Source: Sphingorhabdus sp. (GTDB lineage Bacteria > Pseudomonadota > Alphaproteobacteria > Sphingomonadales > Sphingomonadaceae). Taken from it: a DNA stretch of 32,807 bases. Position numbers and translations under genes: made by a program. Under the pieces are notes generated by a model, which had not been told where the DNA came from, did not search any database, and saw only the letters and a program-made list of their open reading frames with translations. Position 1 is the first letter of the stretch; each line of letters starts with the position of its first letter. Location: positions 1-32,807 of the forward strand of contig JBILLO010000001.1 of assembly GCA_044376035.1 (NCBI GenBank). The letters are read 5' to 3'. This document shows positions 25,399 through 32,807 of this stretch, piece by piece.

Positions 25399-27234
25399 TT
25401 ATGCGGCCTGTTTGGCGCGCGATGCTTTTTTCCGCTCATTCGGGTCAAGCAGGCGCTTGCGCAGGCGGATATTCTTCGGCGTGACCTCAACCATTTCATC
25501 GTTATCGATATAGGCAATGGCTTGCTCAAGCGTCAGGCGCTTGGGCGGGGTGAGGCGGATGGCGTCGTCCTTGCCGGTCGAACGGAAGTTCGTCAGCTGC
25601 TTAGACTTCATCGGGTTGACTTCAAGGTCATCTGGCTTGGCATTTTCGCCGATGATCATGCCTTCATACAAAGCTTCACCTGGCGAGACCATCAGGATGC
25701 CGCGCTCTTCCAATGGGCCAAGGGCATAAGCAACTGCTTCGCCAGCGCCGTTGGAAATCAGCACGCCATTCTTGCGGCCTTCGATATGGCCGCGATGCGG
25801 GCCATATTTTTCAAACAGACGGTTCATGATGCCGGTGCCGCGCGTGTCGGACAGGAATTCCCCGTGATAGCCGATCAACCCGCGTGATGGCGCGCTGAAG
25901 GTGATACGGGTCTTGCCGCCGCCCGATGGACGCATGTCGGTAAGGTCGCCCTTACGCACGGCCATTTTTTCGACGACGGTGCCCGAATATTCATCATCCA
26001 CGTCAATGACGACGGTTTCATAAGGTTCGGTCTTCTGGCCTTTTTCGTCTTCGCGGAACAGCACGCGTGGGCGGCTGATGCCAAGTTCAAAGCCTTCACG
26101 GCGCATGGTTTCGATGAGAACGCCCAATTGAAGCTCGCCGCGACCAGCAACTTCAAAGCTATCCTTGTCTTCGGCTTCAGTGATACGGACGGCGACGTTG
26201 CTTTCGGCTTCGCGCAACAGGCGGTCGCGGATCATGCGGCTTGTAACCTTGGTGCCTTCACGGCCTGCCATTGGGCTGTCGTTCACTGAAAAACGCATCG
26301 ACAATGTTGGCGGATCGATTGGTTGCGCCTGAAGCGGCTCAGTCACTGACGGTTCTGCAATCGTATCTGCAACCGTAGCTGTGGTCATACCCGCAATAGA
26401 GATAATGTCGCCAGCCTTGGCTTCTTCAACCGGAACGCGCTCAAGGCCACGGAAGGACATGATCTTCGATGCACGGCCCGTTTCGACAATCTTGCCGTCT
26501 GGGTTCAATGCGTGGATCTGCTGGTTCACCTTCACGGTGCCTGACAAGACAAGGCCTGTCAGTATGCGGCCAAGGAAATTGTCGCGGTCAAGTAAGGTGA
26601 CAAGCATTTTGAATTCGCCGTCAACGTCGGCCTTTGGCTCTGGAACATGGCTGACGATGGTTTCAAACATCGGCGTGAGCGTGCCTTCACGTGCGCTTGG
26701 GTCAATCGAGGCATAGCCATTACGACCCGAGGCATAAAGCACAGGGAAATCAAGCTGCTCGTCGGTTGCATCGAGCGACACGAACAGATCGAACACCTCG
26801 TCCAACACTTCTTGAATACGTTCGTCAGGACGGTCGACCTTATTGACGACCACGATGGGGCGAAGGCCCAATGCCAGCGCCTTGCCGGTTACGAACTTCG
26901 TTTGCGGCATCGCGCCTTCGGAGGAATCGACCAGAAGGATAACGCCGTCAACCATCGACAAGATACGTTCAACTTCGCCGCCGAAGTCGGCGTGGCCTGG
27001 GGTATCGACGATGTTGATCCGGGTCTTTTCGCCCTTATGGTCGTCCCACTCAACCGAGGTGCACTTGGCAAGAATGGTGATGCCGCGTTCTTTTTCGAGA
27101 TCGTTCGAATCCATGGCGCGCTCTTCGATGCGCTGATTGTCGCGGAAGGTGCCCGACTGCCGAAACAGTTGGTCAACAAGAGTGGTTTTGCCGTGATCGA
27201 CGTGCGCGATGATAGCGATGTTACGCAATGACAT
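25399..27234 (-). CDS. typA: Translational GTPase TypA/BipA
   Basis: [53 protein letters not shown] and [11 protein letters not shown]. Confidence 0.97.
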   Translation of the reverse strand: MSLRNIAIIAHVDHGKTTLVDQLFRQSGTFRDNQRIEERAMDSNDLEKERGITILAKCTSVEWDDHKGEKTRINIVDTPGHADFGGEVERILSMVDGVILLVDSSEGAMPQTKFVTGKALALGLRPIVVVNKVDRPDERIQEVLDEVFDLFVSLDATDEQLDFPVLYASGRNGYASIDPSAREGTLTPMFETIVSHVPEPKADVDGEFKMLVTLLDRDNFLGRILTGLVLSGTVKVNQQIHALNPDGKIVETGRASKIMSFRGLERVPVEEAKAGDIISIAGMTTATVADTIAEPSVTEPLQAQPIDPPTLSMRFSVNDSPMAGREGTKVTSRMIRDRLLREAESNVAVRITEAEDKDSFEVAGRGELQLGVLIETMRREGFELGISRPRVLFREDEKGQKTEPYETVVIDVDDEYSGTVVEKMAVRKGDLTDMRPSGGGKTRITFSAPSRGLIGYHGEFLSDTRGTGIMNRLFEKYGPHRGHIEGRKNGVLISNGAGEAVAYALGPLEERGILMVSPGEALYEGMIIGENAKPDDLEVNPMKSKQLTNFRSTGKDDAIRLTPPKRLTLEQAIAYIDNDEMVEVTPKNIRLRKRLLDPNERKKASRAKQAA

Positions 27235-27369
27235 TTGGAAATGGGCCTTTTGGAAGGTCTTCATAGCAGCCACATGCCGCCAGATTCTCGCGCGCCATTA
27301 ACGCAATATGCGCTGCGGTGCAACATCGCTGGTGTTGCAATACGCGATTGCAACGGTCAAAGCGCTCTG

Positions 27370-28326
27370 ATGTTCGTTCGTATCTTCGCTGATCGCTTTG
27401 TCATGCTGCTGCTCGCCACGATATTGTTGGCGAGCGTCTTACCCGTTCGGGGCGGGGCGGCAGAGGTCGCGTCATTGGTTTCAATGGCGGCGATATTTCT
27501 GCTGTTTTTCCTCAATGGCGTGCGCTTGCCGCGCCACGAAGTGGTCAATGGCGTGCGCAATTGGCGGTTGCAGGGGGCGATTTTCTTTTTCGTATTTGGC
27601 GTGATGTCGGCCACCGGATTGGCTCTCTCCTATATTTTCGACAATATCTTACCGCCGACACTTGCCTTGGGGTTGCTTTTTACAGGCATCCTGCCTTCCA
27701 CTGTGCAGTCGGCTGCGGCCTATTGCGCCTTGGCCAAAGGTAATGTGGCGGCATCGGTCGTCGCGGCAGCCTTGGTCAATCTGATCGGTGTGCTGTTGTC
27801 ACCATTGCTCTTGGCGGTGCTGGCGCATGTGGGGGAGGCGAATATTTCAGGCGCAGCCGTTGGGCGCATTGCGCTCATCCTACTCCTGCCCTTTGCGCTC
27901 GGCCAAATGGCGCAGCGTTGGTGCAAACCATGGGTAGACCGCAACCGGGAGCTGGCGACCTGGATGGACCGCATTTCGATTGCCATCGCGGTCTATGTGG
28001 CGTTCTCAGGCGCGGTTGTGGCGGGGATATGGAGCATCGTGCGCGGTGATGAGCTTGCGTGGTTGGCCTTGGCTTTGTCGGTCATGCTGTTGATTGGCTT
28101 TGGCGGGGCTTGGGCCTTAAGCGGCGTCATGAAGTTACCGCGCGGCGACCGGATTACCATGCTGTTTTCGGGTGGGCAGAAAAGCATCGCCATCGGCGCG
28201 CCGCTGGCCGCAACGATATTCCCGCCCGCAATTGCCGGAATGGTTCTGTTGCCGACGTTGATTTATCATATGGCGCAGTTAATCTTGTCTGCGCCATTGG
28301 CCACGCATTTGGCCAAGGATCAGTAA
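27370..28326 (+). CDS. Bile acid:sodium symporter family (SBF-like, YfeH) transporter
   Basis: LFFLNGVRL, LPSTVQS, AKGNVA and GGQKSIAIGAP in about 10 TM helices. Confidence 0.88.
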   Translation: MFVRIFADRFVMLLLATILLASVLPVRGGAAEVASLVSMAAIFLLFFLNGVRLPRHEVVNGVRNWRLQGAIFFFVFGVMSATGLALSYIFDNILPPTLALGLLFTGILPSTVQSAAAYCALAKGNVAASVVAAALVNLIGVLLSPLLLAVLAHVGEANISGAAVGRIALILLLPFALGQMAQRWCKPWVDRNRELATWMDRISIAIAVYVAFSGAVVAGIWSIVRGDELAWLALALSVMLLIGFGGAWALSGVMKLPRGDRITMLFSGGQKSIAIGAPLAATIFPPAIAGMVLLPTLIYHMAQLILSAPLATHLAKDQ

Positions 28327-28331
28327 CGTAC

Positions 28332-28472
28332 CTCCCCATCGACTTGCGATTGGGAGGTGGATTGACCGAGCGCCAGCACGGGCAAGACGGAGGGGCATTC
28401 AACACGGCTGCCCCTCCGTCATCCGAAGCTATCGCTTCGGCTGCCACCTCCCAATCGCAAGTCGATGGGGAG
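28332..28472. repeat. REP-like nested palindromic element, copy 1
   Basis: Perfect 29-bp inverted termini (28332-28360 / 28444-28472), an inner 12-bp IR (28386-28397 / 28409-28420) and a hairpin CCGAAGC-TATC-GCTTCGG; it fills the gap between convergent genes. Confidence 0.85.
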
Positions 28473-28473
28473 A

Positions 28474-30984
28474 TTAGAGGCTCCTGAGCGCTTCCGATGG
28501 CCGCGCGGCCAAGATTGGGAGTGATCCGACGATGCCCAGCACAAAGGTCGCACCAGCGCCGCCAACAAGCGTCAACGCGAGGATCGAATAATCCGGCGCA
28601 AAGCTGAAGTCGAATATTTCGACCACGACATAATAAGCAGCCGACATGCCAAGCAGCAGCGACACCAATCCGAGCACCACCGCCAATATGCCATATTCCA
28701 ACGCCTGCGCGCCCAAAATCTGCCGCCTTGTGCTCCCCAGCATTTTCATGATGACGCTGTCATAGATACGCGACTGGCGCGCAGCGGCGATGGCGCCAAC
28801 GAGCACGGCGATTCCGGCTAAGATGGCGATGGATGCCGCAGCAGCAATGGCTTGCGCCATTTGTGTGAGCAATATGGTGATCTGCGCCGTGACTTCGCCC
28901 ACCTCAATCAGCGACGAGGACGGGAATGTGGGTGGGATCGATTTTGCCAATATACGCTCAGCTGGCTTCGACACGGTCAAAGTCGCAACCATATTATGGG
29001 GCGCGGCGTCCAAGCTTCCCGGCGAAAACACCATAACATAATTTAAGCCGAAATTATCCCATTTGACGGTGCGCAAGGATGCGATCTTGGCGGGAACCTC
29101 AACGCCAAGCAAGCTGATGGTCAGGGTATCGCCTACCCCAACGCCCAAGCTTTCGGCCGCTTCTGCTTCAAGGCTGACCAAAGCAGGACCATCATAATCC
29201 GCTGGCCAAAATGTGCCCGCGACAATCTCACTGCCCCTGGGCAGGACGCTGCTGTAGGTCAGCCCGCGATCTCCGTTCAGGATCCATGCACCTTCGGGCA
29301 GTTCTTCCAATTGATCCACACGCTGGCCACCAAATTCAACGATAGTGCCGCGTAAGGCGGGTATCATGTTGATGGTAGCTTTGGGATCGGTTTTCTTGAC
29401 CATTTGCGTGAACTGGGCCGCGCCATCGCGTGGGATGTCCAACGCAAAGAAGCTTGGCGCACGGTCGGGGACGCTGTTTTTGATTTCGTTGTTGATGCTT
29501 GTCTGAATTGCGGCGAGCGTTACGAACAAAGTAAGGCCAAGGCCAAGCGCCACGACCAATGCCTGCGTTTGCGCGCCGGGGCGGTGCAGGTTTGCAAGCG
29601 CGAGGCGCGGCAAGGGCGCGTTAGGCCGAGGGACGCGTAAGGCGATAAAGCGCAGCAGCCAAGCAATGCCAGTGAGCAGCAACAGCAGGCCAAAGGCCGC
29701 GCCGATAAAGGCGAGCGAGAATAAAGGCTCTCGCGCCGACAGCACTGCGAGCGCGATGATTGCGAGAATGGCCGAGATTACCCAAATCGCGCTGCGTCGG
29801 TCGATGCGGGCGTTGCCTTCCACAATCGCGCGGAACAGGCCAGCGGCCGGTACCGTGCGCGCACGGGCCAAGGGCCGCAGGGCAAAGGCAATGGCGATCA
29901 ACAGGCCATAGATCGCGCTGACAAGCAACGGCAAAGGATGCAGGTTAAAGCCCGGCGCGACGGGCAATATGTCGCCAGCCACCCAGCCAATAACCATAGG
30001 CATGACGCTGCCCATCGCAAGGCCAGCGATAATCGCGCCTGCGGCAACGGTCAGGATTTGAAGCATATAGATGCGGAATATCGTTCCACTGTCTGCGCCA
30101 GTCACCTTTAAGGTCGCAATGCTGGCGCGCTTGCTGGCGAGGTAGCTGCTCACCCCATTGCCGACGCCAATGCCCGCGATGACCAAGGCAGCAAGGCCGA
30201 CAAGCGTCAAGAACTGGCCCATACGCTCAATAAAGCGCCTTGTGCCGGGGGCGCCGTTGGAGCGATCTGTGACGTCCCAACCCGCGGACGGGAACTGCGC
30301 CTCAAGCGTTTTTGCGACGGCGGCGGCGTCTTCGTTTGCTGCCAGCTTGATGCGGTATTTTGCCTCATACATGCTGCCCGGCTGGATGAGGCCAGTGTCT
30401 GGCAAGGCCGCCATGTTGATGATAGCGACAGGGCCAAGCGTGAAGCCTTCGCCCAAGCGGTCGGGCTCTTCGGCGATGATGCCCGCAATTTTAAATCGCG
30501 CCTCGCCAAAGCGTACAGTGCCACCGGGTTGAATGTCGAGCCGTTCGGCCAAGGTTGGCCCGATGTAAATTTCGCCTGTTGCAGGCGCCATTACAGTGCC
30601 GCCATCGCGCAATGTCAGCGTGCCATAATGCGGGTAGATATTGTCGATAGCCTTCAACTCGGCGAGCAAGCTGTCGCCTCCAACTTGCGCGCCTATCGCC
30701 ATTGCCCGCAAACGGATGGTTTCGGACACTTTACCTGCCTTGCGCATGGCGGCCATTTCCGCCTGCGTTGCTGCACGTTGCGCGATCCCGATTTCGACAT
30801 CGCCGCCAAGGATCGTCTGACCACGCCGTGACAGCTCATCGGCTATGCCAGCGGTCAAGCTGCCAATAGCCGCGAGCGTCGCAACGCCCAAGAATAGGCA
30901 AATCGCTAGCAACCGGAGCCCACGGATTCGCGCGGACAAGTCACGGCGCGAAATGCGCCAAATGGCCGCGAGGGGAAGGGTCAT
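28474..30984 (-). CDS. ybbP: ABC transporter permease, YbbP/FtsX-like
   Basis: 836 aa with duplicated FtsX-like halves (LGGDVE, IATLKVTGA, APSFFALDI, MKMLGS); downstream of the ybbA-like ATPase. Confidence 0.88.
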   Translation of the reverse strand: MTLPLAAIWRISRRDLSARIRGLRLLAICLFLGVATLAAIGSLTAGIADELSRRGQTILGGDVEIGIAQRAATQAEMAAMRKAGKVSETIRLRAMAIGAQVGGDSLLAELKAIDNIYPHYGTLTLRDGGTVMAPATGEIYIGPTLAERLDIQPGGTVRFGEARFKIAGIIAEEPDRLGEGFTLGPVAIINMAALPDTGLIQPGSMYEAKYRIKLAANEDAAAVAKTLEAQFPSAGWDVTDRSNGAPGTRRFIERMGQFLTLVGLAALVIAGIGVGNGVSSYLASKRASIATLKVTGADSGTIFRIYMLQILTVAAGAIIAGLAMGSVMPMVIGWVAGDILPVAPGFNLHPLPLLVSAIYGLLIAIAFALRPLARARTVPAAGLFRAIVEGNARIDRRSAIWVISAILAIIALAVLSAREPLFSLAFIGAAFGLLLLLTGIAWLLRFIALRVPRPNAPLPRLALANLHRPGAQTQALVVALGLGLTLFVTLAAIQTSINNEIKNSVPDRAPSFFALDIPRDGAAQFTQMVKKTDPKATINMIPALRGTIVEFGGQRVDQLEELPEGAWILNGDRGLTYSSVLPRGSEIVAGTFWPADYDGPALVSLEAEAAESLGVGVGDTLTISLLGVEVPAKIASLRTVKWDNFGLNYVMVFSPGSLDAAPHNMVATLTVSKPAERILAKSIPPTFPSSSLIEVGEVTAQITILLTQMAQAIAAAASIAILAGIAVLVGAIAAARQSRIYDSVIMKMLGSTRRQILGAQALEYGILAVVLGLVSLLLGMSAAYYVVVEIFDFSFAPDYSILALTLVGGAGATFVLGIVGSLPILAARPSEALRSL

Positions 30985-30988
30985 CTAA

Positions 30989-31112
30989 ATCCTCCCCAGA
31001 ACGGGGAGGGGGACCGCGCGAAGCGGGGTGGAGGGGGCAATTGGCTCAGCGCACGGCGCAGCCCCCCCTCCGTCAGTGCTCCGCACTGCCACCTCCCCGA
31101 AGCGGGGAGGAT
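30989..31112. repeat. REP-like nested palindromic element, copy 2
   Basis: ATCCTCCCC-AGAAC-GGGGAGG ... GGAGGGGG/CCCCCTCC ... CCTCCCC-GAAGC-GGGGAGGAT; shares CCCCTCCGTCA-[hairpin]-CTGCCACCTCCC with copy 1. Confidence 0.82.
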
Positions 31113-31126
31113 CTGTTGTTCGCCGG

Positions 31127-31798
31127 TCAAGCCTCGCTCTCCACCACGTGGCCGTCCTGCATGGAAATCACGCGGTCACATTTGCGCGCAAGTTCGGGGT
31201 CGTGGGTGATAATCAACAAAGTCGCGCCCAATGCGGCGCGGCGATCGAACAAGAGGTCGATAATGGCCGTGCCTGTGGACCCATCCAAATTGCCTGTTGG
31301 TTCATCGGCAAAGATGATCTTTGGCCCTGCGGCCATGGCGCGGGCTATGGCAACACGTTGCTGTTCGCCGCCGGACAATTGCGATGGGTAATGGGTGAGC
31401 CTATGGCCAAGGCCGACGGCTTCTAGTTCGCTTTGCGCGCGGCCAAACGGGTCCGCCAGACCAGCCAGCTCCAACGGGATAGCAACATTCTCAAGTGCGG
31501 TCATGGTGGGCAACAGGTGAAACGCCTGCAACACAATGCCGATGCGCCCACGCCGCGCCCGCGCGAGTTCGTCTTCATCCAGTTGAGTGAAATCCAGACC
31601 ATCGACGAGGACAGTGCCACCGCTGGCTTGCTCCAACCCGGCCAGAACTGCCATCAATGAAGATTTGCCCGACCCCGACGGCCCAAGCAACGCGACGCTG
31701 CTGTCATACGGCACCTCAAGGTCTACGCCGCGTAAAATCGACACGGATGCATCGTTGCTGCCAAGCGTGAGGGTGACATTTGCCGCGCGGATTGCCAT
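31127..31798 (-). CDS. ybbA: ABC transporter ATP-binding protein, YbbA/LolD-like
   Basis: GPSGSGKS, LSGGEQQRVAIARA, ADEPTGNLD and ITHD; divergent from tesA as in the conserved tesA-ybbAP locus. Alternative TTG start at 31828. Confidence 0.9.
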   Translation of the reverse strand: MAIRAANVTLTLGSNDASVSILRGVDLEVPYDSSVALLGPSGSGKSSLMAVLAGLEQASGGTVLVDGLDFTQLDEDELARARRGRIGIVLQAFHLLPTMTALENVAIPLELAGLADPFGRAQSELEAVGLGHRLTHYPSQLSGGEQQRVAIARAMAAGPKIIFADEPTGNLDGSTGTAIIDLLFDRRAALGATLLIITHDPELARKCDRVISMQDGHVVESEA

Positions 31799-31840
31799 AT
31801 CCGCTTTATGAGTGATAGGAGCGTGCAAGGAAGAATCCTT

Positions 31841-32545
31841 ATGAGAAGTTTTTGGCTATATGGGGCGTTATGCGTCGCAATCCAAGGGTTGTCGGGATGC
31901 GGGTCAAATCCTGTAGCCGAAAATAAGAGTGATGTTCAGGAAACGGCAAAGGTCGCGCAATATGACCAATTGGTCGTTGCGTTCGGCGACAGCCTCTATG
32001 CCGGCTATCGCCTTGGACCAAAAGAAGGGCTTGCCCCGCAATTGCAGGCGGCATTGCAGGCAGATGGCATCAACGCACGGGTTCATAATGCCGGGGTTTC
32101 AGGGGACACAACAGCAGCCGGTAAAACGCGGCTGGCCTTCGTGCTCGACAGTTTGGACCGAAAGCCTGACCTAGTCGTGCTTGGCCTTGGCGGCAATGAC
32201 ATGTTGCGCGGCATCAAACCTGCAGAAACCAAAGCGAACATGACCGCGATGATGGACGAGTTGAAACGCCGTGACATTCCTGTGGTGCTGACGGGCATGT
32301 TGGCCGCGCCAAATCTAGGTGCAGATTATGTAAACTCTTTCAACGGAATTTTCCCGGATTTGGCCAACAATTATGGGGCTTCGCTCTATCCTTTTTTCCT
32401 CGATGGCGTGGTGACGGATGCGGCCTTAATGCTGCCGGATAACATCCATCCCAATGCCAAGGGCGTGTCGCGGGTTGTCGAAGGATTATCCCCACTGGTC
32501 GAAGCCGCTTTGAGGCGGCAAGATGAAGCTGTATTAGAAAAATAA
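31841..32545 (+). CDS. tesA: GDSL/SGNH arylesterase (TesA-like) lipoprotein
   Basis: Lipobox GLSG/C; motifs FGDSL, NAGVSGDTT, LGGNDMLRG and DNIHPN. Confidence 0.9.
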   Translation: MRSFWLYGALCVAIQGLSGCGSNPVAENKSDVQETAKVAQYDQLVVAFGDSLYAGYRLGPKEGLAPQLQAALQADGINARVHNAGVSGDTTAAGKTRLAFVLDSLDRKPDLVVLGLGGNDMLRGIKPAETKANMTAMMDELKRRDIPVVLTGMLAAPNLGADYVNSFNGIFPDLANNYGASLYPFFLDGVVTDAALMLPDNIHPNAKGVSRVVEGLSPLVEAALRRQDEAVLEK

Positions 32546-32628
32546 TACAGCTGGGGACGGAAGTGCTTGAAATGGTCGAGCACTCGTTCCATTTGATGTC
32601 ATATCCAATGACAGAGGGATTTTTGGCC

Positions 32629-32807
32629 ATGTCGACTGAAACCGCAACCCAGACCTTGCAAGAGCTGAAGCTTACACCGCCGGACCCGGTGCCGACCGTG
32701 ACCCCGCAACAGGCGATGGGGTTGGTCCCAGTAACCGATGCGCAGCAAAGCAAGTTGGCACAGCGGGTTGAGGCCTATGTCACTGAGCTGGTTGCGCAGG
32801 ACGTTAA
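32629..32807 (+). CDS. Probable toxic anion resistance protein (TelA family), 5' part only
   Basis: GAGGG SD, then ATG 32629 open to the window end: MSTETATQTLQELKLTPPDPVPTVTPQQAMGLVPVTDAQQSKLAQRVEAYVTELVAQDV, which resembles proteobacterial TelA N-termini as recalled. Confidence 0.6.
   Translation, partial: MSTETATQTLQELKLTPPDPVPTVTPQQAMGLVPVTDAQQSKLAQRVEAYVTELVAQDV

Noticed and set aside
28332-28472. Palindromic repeats as a CRISPR array, tRNA or attC site
   Set aside because: No direct repeat-spacer periodicity, no cas genes, no cloverleaf or T-loop, and no RYYYAAC/GTTRRRY ends.
31028-31426. Plus-strand ORFs starting in the second REP-like element
   Set aside because: They are translated repeat sequence plus antisense of ybbA.

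Overview
This window looks like a GC-rich alphaproteobacterial chromosome segment, most consistent with Sphingomonadaceae (inferred from gene content and repeat style). Most of it is housekeeping or core: an ABC-F ATPase, an orphan OmpR-type regulator, a class A beta-lactamase-like protein, phaC/phaZ, an MTA/SAH nucleosidase, DUF445 plus an RND pump, mnmA, a serine hydrolase, a BaiN-family flavoprotein, typA, an SBF-like symporter, ybbP-ybbA-tesA and the start of telA. The accessory parts are: (i) an AT-rich left-end islet with a YHYH-motif lipoprotein and an RCC1-repeat protein that the ORF track misses, next to a decayed nitronate-monooxygenase/TetR pair carrying a ~265-bp structured MITE with perfect 32-bp inverted termini; (ii) a ~1.6-kb islet between phaC and phaZ encoding a candidate PD-(D/E)XK nuclease and a toxin-first RelE/HTH toxin-antitoxin pair with a visible operator; (iii) two related nested-palindrome REP-like elements bracketing the ybbP permease; (iv) a head-to-head pair that looks like a split two-domain serine hydrolase. 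No rRNA, tRNA or CRISPR array was seen. All family calls come from motif recognition by eye; no database searches were run.
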